From contig JAOUFN010000012.1 in assembly GCA_029858285.1 (NCBI GenBank), positions 3,470-67,469 of the forward strand: a stretch of 64,000 nucleotides of DNA, given 5' to 3'. Made by a program: the position numbers and the translations under genes. Position 1 is the stretch's first letter, and each line of letters starts with the position of its first letter. Source of the stretch: Nitrospirota bacterium. Lineage in GTDB: Bacteria; Nitrospirota; JACRHL01. This document shows, in pieces, positions 8,702-19,289 of this stretch. The notes beneath the pieces are model-generated. The model did no database searches, was not told the DNA's origin, and saw nothing but the letters and a program-made list of their open reading frames with translations.

Positions 8702-10130
8702 TCGCCGCTTCCTTCTGGTTCGCCACCACCACCCACAGCATGGCGTCCGGGTGCAGGTACTGGCGGGCCACGCGCTGCACGTCGGCGGCGGTCACCGCCT
8801 GTATGGCCTGCGGATAGTCGGTGAAATAGTTCTCGCCCAGACCGTACATGGCGGAGAAGGTCAGCAGCCCGGCGGTTTTGCCGTTGGTGTCCAGGCGCAG
8901 CGGAAAGCTGCCGGTGAGGTAATTTTTGGCGTCCGCCAGTTCCTGCTCCGCCACCGGCTGCTCACGGATGCGGCGAATCTCCACCAGCGTGCTGGCGATG
9001 GCCTGATTGGCGCTGGCGTTCTTGGTCTGGAAATTCACCGTAAAACTGCCCGGATCCCGCAGCGAATCGAAGGAGCTGTATACGGAATAGGCCAGCCCCT
9101 GCTTTTCACGCACGCTGTCGCCCAGGCGTGAGGTGAGGGTGCCGCCGCCGAGGATGTAGTTCATCACCTGCAACGGGTAAAAATCGGCATCGGTACGGCG
9201 AATGCCCAGGTGGCCCATGATGACGTTGGCCTGGGTGACGGGCCGGTCGATGGTCACCACCCGCACCTTGGCGGGGGCCACCGCCACCGGGGGCGAAGCG
9301 GCCGGGGGCTGGCGGCCGCTCCACTTGCCGAAGTGCCGCAGCACCAGCTTTCTGGCGTCCTTGAACGACACGTCGCCGACAAAGCTGATCACCGCCCCGT
9401 CGGGAACATAGTGGCGCTTGTGGAAGGCTGCCAGGGCTTCCGGCCCAAGTGGTTCCACGCTGTCCACGGTGCCGGCTGCCGGCTGGGCGTAAGGGTGGCT
9501 GCCGAACAGTTCGCGGTCGAAGGCCTTGGCGGCCACCGATCCCGGCTGGTCTTCGTCGGAGATGATGCCGGCGATGGTCTCCTTGCGGAGCCGTTCCACG
9601 TCGTCCTGACGAAACGCCGGACGCAGGGAGATGTCCGCCAGCAGGTCCATGCCCATGTCCAGGTTGCGCTGCAGGCCGGAGAAGGAGATGGTGGCGTAGT
9701 CGGCCTGGGCACCCGCCCCCAGGCTGGCGCCCACGAACTCGACGGCCTCGGCGATTTCGGTGGAGGAGCGGGTGGCGGTGCCCTCGTTGAGCAGCGCGGC
9801 GGTGAGCGCGGCGGTGCCCGCAGCGCCCTCGGGGTCGTTGCGCGTACCGGCGAGGACGGCCAGTTGCACGCTGACAATGGGCAACGCCTGGCGTTGCACC
9901 ACCTGCAGGGTCAGACCGTTGGGCAGGGTTTCGCGCTGCACTTTCAGATCGGCCGCCAGCGCGCCACCCCCCCACCAGCCGGAAAGCGTGACCACCGTGG
10001 CCAGAACGGCCAGAACGGGCAACGCCCGGACGGCGCGCCACGGCGTGCGGAGGACAGACCGGCGGGTGACGGACTGGCGGAAGACATGCCGGAAGACATG
10101 CCGGGGAACGGGCCGGGCGACGCGGTTCAT
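8688..10130 (-). CDS. M16B peptidase, non-catalytic subunit
   Basis: TLPNGL start, GTAALTAALLNEGT (HxxEH lost), SRL...VREKQGLAY motif. Signal peptide. Confidence 0.88.
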   Translation of the reverse strand: MNRVARPVPRHVFRHVFRQSVTRRSVLRTPWRAVRALPVLAVLATVVTLSGWWGGGALAADLKVQRETLPNGLTLQVVQRQALPIVSVQLAVLAGTRNDPEGAAGTAALTAALLNEGTATRSSTEIAEAVEFVGASLGAGAQADYATISFSGLQRNLDMGMDLLADISLRPAFRQDDVERLRKETIAGIISDEDQPGSVAAKAFDRELFGSHPYAQPAAGTVDSVEPLGPEALAAFHKRHYVPDGAVISFVGDVSFKDARKLVLRHFGKWSGRQPPAASPPVAVAPAKVRVVTIDRPVTQANVIMGHLGIRRTDADFYPLQVMNYILGGGTLTSRLGDSVREKQGLAYSVYSSFDSLRDPGSFTVNFQTKNASANQAIASTLVEIRRIREQPVAEQELADAKNYLTGSFPLRLDTNGKTAGLLTFSAMYGLGENYFTDYPQAIQAVTAADVQRVARQYLHPDAMLWVVVANQKEAAIAAP

Positions 10131-11500
10131 TTGGGGGTCTCCGCCGCCAGCGGGATGAGGGTCGCCACGGTGCGGTTTTGCGGTTGCAGGTAGGTGCGGG
10201 CCACCCGCGCCACGTCGGCGGCGGTGACCTTGCCCACCCGTTTGGTGAAACGGGTCACATAATCGGTACCCGCGCCCACCACCTCGGCGGTGGCGTATTG
10301 CATGGCCTGGTAGAACACCGAATCCTGCCCCAGGATGAACCCGGCCTCCACCTGGTTGCGGGCACGTTCCATCTCCCGCGCGTCGGGCGGGGTCTGCTGG
10401 ATGCGCGCCACCTCTTCATAAATTGCCGCCTCCACCTTCTCCGGCGTCTCTCCGGGGGCGACCATGGCGTAGAAGTAGAACAGTTCCGGGTCGGCGCTCA
10501 GGGGGTCGTAGGCGCCCCCCTCATCCACCGCGATGCGGTCCTGAAACACCAACCGCTGGTACATGCGCGAGCGCCGCCCCTCGAACAGCAGTTGCGACAG
10601 CACCACCAGGGCGTAGGCGTCCGGGCTTTGCCAGTTGGGGGCGTGGTAGCCAAGGAACACAAAGGGCAACTGGGCCTCGCGATGCAGGGTCAGGCGCCGT
10701 TCCCCCAGTTGCGGCGGTTCCTCGGTGCGATAGCGGCGGGACTCCAGCCCCGGCTGACGCGGCAGGCTGCCGAAGTTGCGGCGGATTTCCGCCATGGCCT
10801 GATCCGGCTGGAAATCCCCCGCCACCACCACCACCGCATTGTTGGGGGCGTAGAAGCGGCGGTAATGGGCGCGGGCATCCTCGGCCTTGAGGTGCTGCAG
10901 GTCGCTCACCCAGCCGATAATGGGCCGCCCGTAAGGGTGGGCCATGAACGCCGTGGAGTACATCTGCTCCACCGTGGCGCGGATCGGGCTGTCGTCAATG
11001 CGCATGCGCCGCTCTTCCAGCACCACGTCGCGCTCGGTGCTGAATTCCTCGTCCTGGATGCGCAGGTTGACCATGCGGTCCGCCTCCAGTTGCGCCGACA
11101 GGGGCAGGTACTGGGGGGCCCAGGTCATGTAGTAGGCGGTGTAGTCGTTGCTGGTCATGGCGTTTTCGTTGCCGCCACGGGCGGCCACCGTGCGGGCGTA
11201 CTCCCCGGTGTCGAGTTTGCCGGTGCTCTTGAACATGAGGTGTTCCAGCAGGTGCGACAGGCCGGTGTAGTTGCTCACCTCGTCGATGGAGCCAACCCGG
11301 TACCACACCTGGAACGATATCACCGGCGCCTTGTGCTCCTCGATCAGCACCACCGTCAGGCCGTTGTCCAGGGTCTGGGTTGTGACACGCGCCAGGGCCG
11401 GGGCCGGGGCGACGCCGGTCAGGCACACCGCCAGCAGCACCCCCAGGCCGGAGGTAACGCGGGCGGAAGAAACGGCGCGGCGGAAGAAGGCCAGAAACAT
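10127..11500 (-). CDS. M16B zinc peptidase, catalytic subunit
   Basis: HLLEH (HxxEH), NAMTSNDYT, ERDVVLEERRMR and HPYGRPIIG motifs. CAGGAG RBS, signal peptide. Confidence 0.92.
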   Translation of the reverse strand: MFLAFFRRAVSSARVTSGLGVLLAVCLTGVAPAPALARVTTQTLDNGLTVVLIEEHKAPVISFQVWYRVGSIDEVSNYTGLSHLLEHLMFKSTGKLDTGEYARTVAARGGNENAMTSNDYTAYYMTWAPQYLPLSAQLEADRMVNLRIQDEEFSTERDVVLEERRMRIDDSPIRATVEQMYSTAFMAHPYGRPIIGWVSDLQHLKAEDARAHYRRFYAPNNAVVVVAGDFQPDQAMAEIRRNFGSLPRQPGLESRRYRTEEPPQLGERRLTLHREAQLPFVFLGYHAPNWQSPDAYALVVLSQLLFEGRRSRMYQRLVFQDRIAVDEGGAYDPLSADPELFYFYAMVAPGETPEKVEAAIYEEVARIQQTPPDAREMERARNQVEAGFILGQDSVFYQAMQYATAEVVGAGTDYVTRFTKRVGKVTAADVARVARTYLQPQNRTVATLIPLAAETPK

Positions 11501-11630
11501 GCGGAAAAACTCCTGAAGCGGCCACGGGCCCAAAAGGGCAGTTGCCCGGGGACCGGCAAAAACCGGGCCGGGGTCCCGATTGTAGGGAAGGGCCGGAAAC
11601 AGCGTCAACCGTGCGCCCCCCGCAAGGCTG

Positions 11631-12194
11631 TCATCCGGGGGCGGCGGGACCACGGGGTTCTCCCGGTTCCCGGTAGTGGCGGGACACGTACACCCCCTGG
11701 GCGAGGACGAAAACCAGGGTCAGCCCCAGCAGACCGAACAGTTTGAAGTTGACCCACACATCGGTGGAAAAATGCCACGCCACCACCGTGTTAAGCACCG
11801 CCATGGCCAAAAAAAACGCCACCCACCAGTGGTTCAGCCGCCCCAGCACCGCTGCCGGCAGACCGTCGGCAAGGGCGGCGAACACCCGCGCCGCCAGGGG
11901 CTTTTTGCCGATCCGCGCGCTGCCCCAGAACAGGATTGCCAGCACCACATAGAGCACGGTCGGCTTGGCCTTGATAAAACGCTCGTCCGCCAGCAGCAGG
12001 GTGGCGCCACCGAACACCACCACGATGCCCGCCGACAGCAACTGCATGGGCTCCAGCCGCCGGTGCCGCAGCCACCCCCACAGGGCCACCACCACCGAGG
12101 CGCCCATGGCCACCGCCGTCGCCGCCATGATGCCGTAGGCCTTGTAGGTGGCAAAGAACAGGATGACGGGCAAAAAATCGAACAGCAACTGCAT
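11631..12194 (-). CDS. yciB: Inner membrane-spanning protein YciB (septation protein A)
   Basis: MQLLFDFLPVILFF, FGGATL...FIKAKPT and WVNFKLFG motifs. Confidence 0.92.
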   Translation of the reverse strand: MQLLFDFLPVILFFATYKAYGIMAATAVAMGASVVVALWGWLRHRRLEPMQLLSAGIVVVFGGATLLLADERFIKAKPTVLYVVLAILFWGSARIGKKPLAARVFAALADGLPAAVLGRLNHWWVAFFLAMAVLNTVVAWHFSTDVWVNFKLFGLLGLTLVFVLAQGVYVSRHYREPGEPRGPAAPG

Positions 12195-12348
12195 CGGGTA
12201 CGGGTTCCGCTTATGGGGGGAGCGGCGCGGGGGCGCGCGCTCCGGGGTCGTCCTCGGGGTCGGACCGGGTTTTCAGTGTAACCCATCGGGCCGGGTTCGC
12301 GGCGGCACTTTCGTGGAAGCGCGTCGACCGGCATAATGGGCGGCAGCC

Positions 12349-13167
12349 ATGCCCGCCTCCACCCCCAGCTTTGCCGACATTTACGATGCCGTGGTCGGCG
12401 ACGACTTCAAGGGCCACTGGTGGCGGGGCTTTGGCCGCTATGTGCGGCAACACCAACTGACCTTCACCAGCGTCTGCGACGTGGCCTGCGGCACCGGTGT
12501 CACCGCCCTGCGCCTGGCCCGGCAGGGGGGGATCGAGGTCATCGGCGTGGACATTGCGGAGGACATGCTGCGGGTGGCCCGTGCCCGCTGTGAGGGCCAG
12601 CGGCTGGACCACCCGGTGACATTCCTGCGCCAGCCGATGCAGGAACTGGCACTGCCCCGGGCGGTGGACCTGATCGTGTGCGCCTACGACTCCCTCAACG
12701 CCCTGCCGTCGGCGGAACTGCTGGCCGCCACCTTGCTGGGTTTTGCCCGCCATCTGAACCCCGGCGGGCATGTGGTGTGCGACATGATCACCCGCCGCCA
12801 TCTGTCCGAGGTGTGGGGCGACGGTGAATTCCACGCCCCGGCGGGAGAGATGGACTCGATCTGGCACACGGCGTGGGACCCTGCCCTGGAGCGGCTTTCC
12901 GTACACCTCACGGTGCGGGTGGACGACGGCCCCACCGCGCACCGGGTAAGCCACCGGGTAGAGGAGTACGCCTATTCCCAACCGGTGGTGGAACAGGCCA
13001 TCCACGGCGCGGGGCTGGAAGTGGTGGAGGTGCGCGACCTGATCCCCTGGACCCCCGCCGCCCCTCCGGACGGGGAAAACGCCGACCGCTGGTTCTACCT
13101 GTTGCGCCACGCCAGAACCCCTTCCGGCCCCCCTTCCGGCACCCGCCCAGGAGCTTCCCCGGCATGA
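12349..13167 (+). CDS. Class I SAM-dependent methyltransferase
   Basis: FADIYD, DVACGTG, GVDIAEDML, DSLN and HLNPGG motifs. Confidence 0.88.
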   Translation: MPASTPSFADIYDAVVGDDFKGHWWRGFGRYVRQHQLTFTSVCDVACGTGVTALRLARQGGIEVIGVDIAEDMLRVARARCEGQRLDHPVTFLRQPMQELALPRAVDLIVCAYDSLNALPSAELLAATLLGFARHLNPGGHVVCDMITRRHLSEVWGDGEFHAPAGEMDSIWHTAWDPALERLSVHLTVRVDDGPTAHRVSHRVEEYAYSQPVVEQAIHGAGLEVVEVRDLIPWTPAAPPDGENADRWFYLLRHARTPSGPPSGTRPGASPA

Positions 13168-14342
13168 CCGCGGCCATTCCACCCTCGGGCGGCACGGAAG
13201 GCGTTGCCCCGATTTCGGCCCCGATTTCGGCCCTGCTCAGGCGGCTGCTGTCCACGCCCACCGCGCCGTTTCACGAGGGGCGGGTGATGGAAGTGATCCG
13301 GGAGGCGCTGGACGCCCTGGCCATTCCCCACCGGCACGACCGCCACGGCAACCTTATCGCCCGTTACCGGAAGGGCTCCGGCCCGCCCTGGGCGCTGCTG
13401 GCGCACACCGATCATCCGGGCATCGAGGTCACCCGGGTGCGGGGCGCCACGGCGTGGGGAACCTTTCTGGGCGGGACGCGCCCGGACAGCCTGCCGGGGG
13501 CGCGGGTGCGGCTGTTCCCCGATGTGGTGGAGACGGCGGGAAGAGCCGACGACGGCGTGCTGGCGACCATCCGCGCCACCCACATGGTGCGGGGCGAAAA
13601 ACGCCTGGAGATCGACCTGCCCACCCCCCGCGCCGTGGCGCCCGGCGCTTTCGGCGGCTTCGATCTGCCCGCCCCCACGGTGAGCGGGAAAACCATTGCC
13701 GCGGCCGCCGTGGACGATTTGATCGGCTGCGCCACCACCCTGGCGGTGCTGGCCAACTTGCGGGAGAGTGGCGCCAAAGCCCATGTACTGGGCGTGTTTA
13801 CCCGCGCCGAAGAGGTGGGTTTCATCGGCGCCCAGCTTCTGGCCGAGGCGGGCACCCTCCCCGCCACCGCCCTGGTGGTGTCGCTGGAGGCCAGCATGGA
13901 AATTCCCGGCGCCCGCTGCGGCCTGGGGCCGGTGGTGCGGGTGGGGGACCGCACCAGCGTCTACCACAGCGGCGCGGAATACCTGTTGCACGCCGCCGCC
14001 CGCGAACTGGCCAGGGAGGATCCGGGCTTCCGTTTCCAGCGCCAGTTGATGACCGGCGGCACCTGCGAGGCCACCGTGTTCACCGCCCTGGGGTATCCGG
14101 CGGCAGGCCTCGCCTACCCGCTGCGGAACTATCACAACATGGTGATGGCGGGCGTGGATGGCGGGGGCGGGGGCAACGGAAATGAAATCGACCGGGAGCA
14201 GATTCACACCGCCGATTTCCTGGCCGGAGTGCGTCTGCTCACCCGTGCGGTCACGGCCACGGGGCGCGGCGCCCCTTCCCTGACCCGTTATTACCGCCAG
14301 CTCATCCGGGACACCACCCGCTACCGCAACCGGTTGCGGTGA
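13164..14342 (+). CDS. M20/M28/M42-clan metallopeptidase
   Basis: AHTDHPG, VDDLIG, AEEVGFIG, GGTCEA and NYHN metal-ligand motifs. ATGA overlap with the upstream gene. Confidence 0.8.
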   Translation: MTAAIPPSGGTEGVAPISAPISALLRRLLSTPTAPFHEGRVMEVIREALDALAIPHRHDRHGNLIARYRKGSGPPWALLAHTDHPGIEVTRVRGATAWGTFLGGTRPDSLPGARVRLFPDVVETAGRADDGVLATIRATHMVRGEKRLEIDLPTPRAVAPGAFGGFDLPAPTVSGKTIAAAAVDDLIGCATTLAVLANLRESGAKAHVLGVFTRAEEVGFIGAQLLAEAGTLPATALVVSLEASMEIPGARCGLGPVVRVGDRTSVYHSGAEYLLHAAARELAREDPGFRFQRQLMTGGTCEATVFTALGYPAAGLAYPLRNYHNMVMAGVDGGGGGNGNEIDREQIHTADFLAGVRLLTRAVTATGRGAPSLTRYYRQLIRDTTRYRNRLR

Positions 14343-14351
14343 GACAGCCGA

Positions 14352-15281
14352 ATGAGACACACCCTATGGGACACACCCCGTGAGACAGTTGTGAGACATT
14401 TCCGCCACCGTCGGCTCGTGGCCTTCACCCTGATGGTGGCTGCGGCGCTGACTTTCCCCCTCACCGCATTCGCCGCCGAGGTGGTGCCCGCTCCCGCATC
14501 CGGCGCGCAGGTGCGGGTGGTGGCCAAGGGCCTGCCCATGGTGGACCGGCTGGCGCGGGCGGCGGACGGCACCCTGTATGCCACACTGGAACTGGGCAAC
14601 GGGCGCGGGCGCGTGGTGCGCATCACCCCGGATGGCACCATCAGCGTGATCCTGCAGGCGCTGGACCGCCCCGACGGCCTGCTGCTGGTGGATGACACCC
14701 TGTACATCACCGAGGAGATCCGCGCCGGGCGCCTGCTGGCCTACCACCTTGCCTCCGGGGTTTTGCGCCAACTGGCCATCCTGCGCATGCCGGAGGGCAT
14801 CGACCGGCTGGCGGACGGGCGGCTGGTGATTGCCGAGGACCGCGCCCCCGGACGGGTGGTGACGGTGACCGACGACGGCACGATCGGCCTGCTCGTCGGC
14901 GGGCTGAACCGGCCCGAGGGGCTGGCGGTGGCCGACGATGGCCAGGGGCACGAAATCATTTGGGTGTGCGAGACCGCCACCGGGCGCCTGCTGGCGCTGC
15001 GGGACGGCAAGATCAGCGTGGCGGCAGCGGGGATGCGTGAGCCGGATCAGGTGGCCGTGGCCCCCGGCGGCGCGGTGTTCGTCACCGAGGACGCCACGCC
15101 GGGGCGGCTGCTGAAGCTGGGGCCGGGCGGCACCATGCTGCCGGTGCTGGAGGGGCTGAGCGCCCCCCAGGGCATGGCCTTCCGCCCCGCCAACGGCAAC
15201 TGCGGAGCGGCCATCTATGTGGCGGAACAGGGCAAGGGGCGGATTCTGCAGGTCGGCCCGGTGTGCGGGGCTGCGGACTGA
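14352..15281 (+). CDS. Exported NHL/SMP-30-like beta-propeller protein
   Basis: Repeated L..P(D/E/Q)G blades. Signal peptide ending AFA. Confidence 0.75.
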   Translation: MRHTLWDTPRETVVRHFRHRRLVAFTLMVAAALTFPLTAFAAEVVPAPASGAQVRVVAKGLPMVDRLARAADGTLYATLELGNGRGRVVRITPDGTISVILQALDRPDGLLLVDDTLYITEEIRAGRLLAYHLASGVLRQLAILRMPEGIDRLADGRLVIAEDRAPGRVVTVTDDGTIGLLVGGLNRPEGLAVADDGQGHEIIWVCETATGRLLALRDGKISVAAAGMREPDQVAVAPGGAVFVTEDATPGRLLKLGPGGTMLPVLEGLSAPQGMAFRPANGNCGAAIYVAEQGKGRILQVGPVCGAAD

Positions 15282-15305
15282 CCGGGGCAGGAGAACAGCC
15301 CGGCG

Positions 15306-16325
15306 TTAAGGCTCCAGCAACACCTTGAGCACGCCGGGGGTGGCCGCGTGGCGAATGGCGGCGACGCCGTCATCCAGCGCGTAGCGGGCGGCTATCAGGG
15401 GGGCGACGTCGATATGCCCCGCCGCCAGAGCCGCCAGGGCGGGCTCGAACGGCCCGCAGCGGGAGCCGACCACGGTGATCTCGTCGATCACCAGTGGCGC
15501 CGGGTTCCAACTGGCGGCAGTGGCGCAGGTGGACTTGAGCACCACGGTGCCGCAGGGGCGGGTGCGCGCCACCGCCTGCCCAAGGCCGTCGGCACTGCCG
15601 GTGGCGTCCACCACCACGTCGGCGGGGGGAAGGTCGGCGTCCGGCGGGGCGCTGGCAATCCCCCATTTTGTGGCCACGGCGCGTTTTTCCGGGTGTTTTC
15701 CCAGCAGCGTCAGGTGGCAGCCGGTGGTGGCCAGCACCTGGGCGATGAGCAGCCCCAGACGCCCGTCCCCCATCACATACACCGTGTCGCGGGTGGCGAT
15801 GCGCACCTGTTCGAGGATGCGGAACGCCGCCGCCAGGGGTTCCACGAACACCGCCGCCTGATCCGTCACTCCGGCGGGCAGCGGGTGCAGGTTGCTCAGG
15901 GGCAGGGTGAGGTATTCGGCAAACGCCCCGCTGCGCCCCAGAATGCCCAGTACCGAGCGGCTCGGGCAGTGGCGCGGGCGCCCGGCGCGGCAGGCGGGGC
16001 AGGCGGGTTTGCCGCAGGCGGCGTTGATCTCCCCCACCACCCGTTTGCCGATCCAGTGGCCGACGTCCGGCGTGGCGGTGGAGGCCGAGGTGGCTGACGG
16101 GGCGCCTTCGGGCGAAACGGGGGCCGGGGTGACGGACTCCACCGTGGCGGTGAACTCGTGGCCGAGGACGCCGCAAAAACCCATGTAGCCGTTGGTGATG
16201 GCCAGGTCAGTGGCGCAGATGCCGGCCAGTTTTACCCGCACCAGGGCCTCTCCGGGGGCCGCTTCGGGGCGCGGCAGGTCGGTGCGGCAGGACAGTCCCC
16301 TGTGGTCAAAAATCAGCCCGCGCAC
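15306..16325 (-). CDS. Zinc-dependent alcohol dehydrogenase (MDR family)
   Basis: GICATD, GHEF, structural Zn C..C..C...C, GDGRLG and GSRCGPF motifs. GTG start inferred. Confidence 0.88.
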   Translation of the reverse strand: MRGLIFDHRGLSCRTDLPRPEAAPGEALVRVKLAGICATDLAITNGYMGFCGVLGHEFTATVESVTPAPVSPEGAPSATSASTATPDVGHWIGKRVVGEINAACGKPACPACRAGRPRHCPSRSVLGILGRSGAFAEYLTLPLSNLHPLPAGVTDQAAVFVEPLAAAFRILEQVRIATRDTVYVMGDGRLGLLIAQVLATTGCHLTLLGKHPEKRAVATKWGIASAPPDADLPPADVVVDATGSADGLGQAVARTRPCGTVVLKSTCATAASWNPAPLVIDEITVVGSRCGPFEPALAALAAGHIDVAPLIAARYALDDGVAAIRHAATPGVLKVLLEP

Positions 16326-16395
16326 GGGGTGCCGGACGGTGGACCGGGTGCGGCCCGGTGGAGCGGTCCACTGGCGGTCGCCGCGCCCACGGTGG

Positions 16396-18201
16396 TCACC
16401 CGGCGGCCAGCATTTCGCGGGCGTGGGCGAGGGTCGCCTCGGTGAGCTTTTCACCCCCCAGCATGCGCGCCACTTCGGTGACCCGCGCGCCGGGCTCAAG
16501 CCGCTCCACGGCGGTGGCGGTACGACCGTTGAGAGCCGTTTTGGACACTTGCAGATGGGTGTCGGCCAGGGCGGCGATCTGGGCCTGATGGGTGATGCAG
16601 AACACCTGATGCCCCGCCGTCGCCAGGGCGCGCAGCAGGTGCCCCACCCGCTCCGCCACCGAGCCGCCGATGCCGCTGTCCACCTCGTCGAACACCAGAC
16701 AGGGGACCGGATCGGCGCCGATCATTACCTGCTTGAGGGCCAGCATGATGCGCGACAGTTCACCGCCGGAGGCCACCCGCGCCAGCGGCCTGGCCTCTTC
16801 GCCGGGGTTGGCGGCAAGCAGGAAGCGGGCGCGTTCAGTGCCGTCGGGACCGAGCAGCACATCGCCGCACGGCACGCCATCGCGGTTGGGGGCAAAGGCC
16901 ACCGCCAGCCGGGCGTGGGGCATGGCCATGTCCGCCAGGTAGCTGGACGCCTGCTGTACCAGCCGCTCCGCCGCCTGCTGGCGTGCCGCATAGAGGGCCG
17001 CTGCCCGGGTCACCAGTTCCCGCTCCAGATCCGAACGCTCCGCCAGGCAGCGCGCCAGTTCCTCGTCCACGTCCCCTTCCGCCGCCAGCTCCGCGCTGTA
17101 GGCGGCGGCGGTGGCAAGGATTTCCTCGACGCTGCGACCGTACTTGCGGCGCAGCGCCTCGATGGCGGCCAGCCGCTGTTCCACCTCGGCCTGGCGTTCC
17201 GGGTCGCTGCGGGCGCTGTCGCGGAAGCGACGCAGGTTGTCCGCCGCCTCCTCCAGCAGGGTGCGGGCGTCCGCCACCAGCCGGGTGGTGTCCTCCTGGG
17301 CGGGGGTGAGTCGGGCGATGTCGCCCAGCCACTCCGTCACCCGCGCCAACTGGGTCAGGATCGCCCCGTCGGCGGCGTACAGGGTGTCGAAGGCGGCGTC
17401 CCCCAGGTCGCGCAGGTTTTCGGCGTGGGACAGGCGGGACAGTTCCACCGCCAGGTCGTCGTCCTCCCCCGGGGCAAGGCTGGCGGAGCCGATCTCCTCC
17501 ACCGCGAAGGTCAGAAAGGCGGCCCGCGCCTGGGCCTCCTGACGGCTGTGCGTCAGTTCACCGATGCGCTGGATAAGGGTCTTCAGGCGCGTGTAACCGG
17601 CGCGGTATTCGAGGGTCCGGGGCAGCAGCCCTCCGGCGGCGTCCAGCAATTCGCCGTGGGCGGATTCGGCCAGCAGGGAGCGCTGGGCGTGCTGGCCTTG
17701 AATGTCGATGAGTTCGCCGCCGATTTCGCTCAGCAGGGTCAGCCCCACGCGGCGGTCGTTGAGGTACACGGCGTTGTTGCCGCCCCGGTCCAGCACGCGC
17801 CGCACCACCAGGGTGGAGTCGGCCTCGGCGCCGGCCTCGGCCAGACGCGCCCGCACCGCCTCGGGTATCTGGCGAAACACCCCCTCCACCACCGCCCGCT
17901 CGGCGCCGGTGCGGATCAGGCCCGAATCGGCCCGGCCTCCGGCCAGCAGGCGCAGGGCATCGATGAGCAGGCTCTTGCCGACGCCGGTTTCACCGGTGAG
18001 GGTGACGAAGCCGGGGGCGAGTTCCACCCGGAGGCGCTCGATGACCGCCAGATTCTCCACGGCGATTTCCGCCAGATGGGTGGGGGCGGCGGCGCGGGGT
18101 GTCTCGCGGGGTGACATGAAGGATGATTCGGGGGAAGAAACTTCGGCAGACGTCGGCACAGACGCGGGGGCAGACGCGGGGGCAGACGTTTCGGAAGTCA
18201 T
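16396..18201 (-). CDS. recN: DNA repair protein RecN
   Basis: Walker A GETGVGKS, DIQGQH, coiled coil, ASGGELSR, FDEVDSG, ITHQAQIA. Confidence 0.96.
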   Translation of the reverse strand: MTSETSAPASAPASVPTSAEVSSPESSFMSPRETPRAAAPTHLAEIAVENLAVIERLRVELAPGFVTLTGETGVGKSLLIDALRLLAGGRADSGLIRTGAERAVVEGVFRQIPEAVRARLAEAGAEADSTLVVRRVLDRGGNNAVYLNDRRVGLTLLSEIGGELIDIQGQHAQRSLLAESAHGELLDAAGGLLPRTLEYRAGYTRLKTLIQRIGELTHSRQEAQARAAFLTFAVEEIGSASLAPGEDDDLAVELSRLSHAENLRDLGDAAFDTLYAADGAILTQLARVTEWLGDIARLTPAQEDTTRLVADARTLLEEAADNLRRFRDSARSDPERQAEVEQRLAAIEALRRKYGRSVEEILATAAAYSAELAAEGDVDEELARCLAERSDLERELVTRAAALYAARQQAAERLVQQASSYLADMAMPHARLAVAFAPNRDGVPCGDVLLGPDGTERARFLLAANPGEEARPLARVASGGELSRIMLALKQVMIGADPVPCLVFDEVDSGIGGSVAERVGHLLRALATAGHQVFCITHQAQIAALADTHLQVSKTALNGRTATAVERLEPGARVTEVARMLGGEKLTEATLAHAREMLAAG

Positions 18202-18267
18202 CGGGGGGCGTCTCCTGGAACGGTTGCCGGACCGGGTAATGGAAGCGGAAAAGCGTCCGGAACGCAA

Positions 18268-18300
18268 GCGGGGCGCCCCGGTTTTCCGGAAGCGCCCCGC
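18268..18300 (-). terminator. Hairpin downstream of trxA (possible terminator)
   Basis: 9-bp stem GCGGGGCGC/GCGCCCCGC. Weak U-tract. Confidence 0.35.
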
Positions 18301-18382
18301 TGTGGAGCCTCGGGCGCAGACCAATTTATCCGACCGGTCTGTCCGGAGGATCCGTCCCGGCCGATCCGGCCGATCCGCCGGG

Positions 18383-18703
18383 CTAGAGGTGCGCCTCGAT
18401 CTTGCTCTTGAGCTGCTGGCTGGAGGCGGCGCCCACCACGCGGTCCACCTGCTGGCCGTTCTTGATGAACAGCAAGGTGGGAATGCCCATCACCTGATAA
18501 CGGGTGGCAACATCCTGGTTTTCGTCGGTATTGACCTTCACCACCTTGCAACGACCCTCGTATTCCTTGGCGAGGGCGTCCACAGTGGGGGCGATCATCT
18601 TGCACGGGCCGCACCACGGCGCCCAGAAATCCACCATCACCAGTGTTCCGGCCTGCAGAACTTCCTGATCAAACTCGGCCGAACTAACCGCAATGGAACC
18701 CAT
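18383..18703 (-). CDS. trxA: Thioredoxin
   Basis: DFWAPWCGPCK active site, IPTLL. AGGAG RBS. Confidence 0.97.
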   Translation of the reverse strand: MGSIAVSSAEFDQEVLQAGTLVMVDFWAPWCGPCKMIAPTVDALAKEYEGRCKVVKVNTDENQDVATRYQVMGIPTLLFIKNGQQVDRVVGAASSQQLKSKIEAHL

Positions 18704-19289
18704 GTCTGTCTCCTCGCTACAAAAACCGACGCGCCGTTCATGGCCCTGCGCCAGTGACGACCCGATCGACCGGGATGCCCCGCCAAAAAGGACAACGCCC
18801 GCTCATTTTAAGAACCCCTTCACCCCCCGGTCAATCGGGCAATCCGATGGTTAGCGGATAAAAATTGTGACCTGTGAGACAAAAAGCCCGGCCCATCCGG
18901 GTTTGGTCCGTGCCGACGTTTTTTTTTCGTTCCCCCCGGCAGTCAAGAATCTGTCCGGCAGGGGTGACATCGGCCACGGGTCGACCGTGGTCAGTTTGAC
19001 TTCTCATGCCGGTTTGTTTACAGTTTTTTCCGGATTCCGGTGCGGTGCGTCCGAAGGTGTGCGCTGTGACGCGTACGCTGTGGCATGGACGCATCGGGGA
19101 GGTGTCGCCCGGCGCGGTCGTTGCCGGGATGTACACGGCGAGGAGCCGGTGGCGTGGCAACTGGCGGCATGCTGGCTTGCGGGAGCGGTTGGGTTCGGTG
19201 ACGCGGAAAAGCGCAACCGGGCGCCCATCCCCGGTCACGGCGGTCGTTACCGAACAACTGAGGAAACGGTTACAACGGAGATGGTCACC

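Noticed and set aside
19150..19260. c-di-GMP-I riboswitch (GACGC..AAAGC and GTTACCGA resemblance)
   Set aside because: It lacks the GGCAAA/GNRA-tetraloop P2 arrangement. Kept only as an unassigned structured leader.
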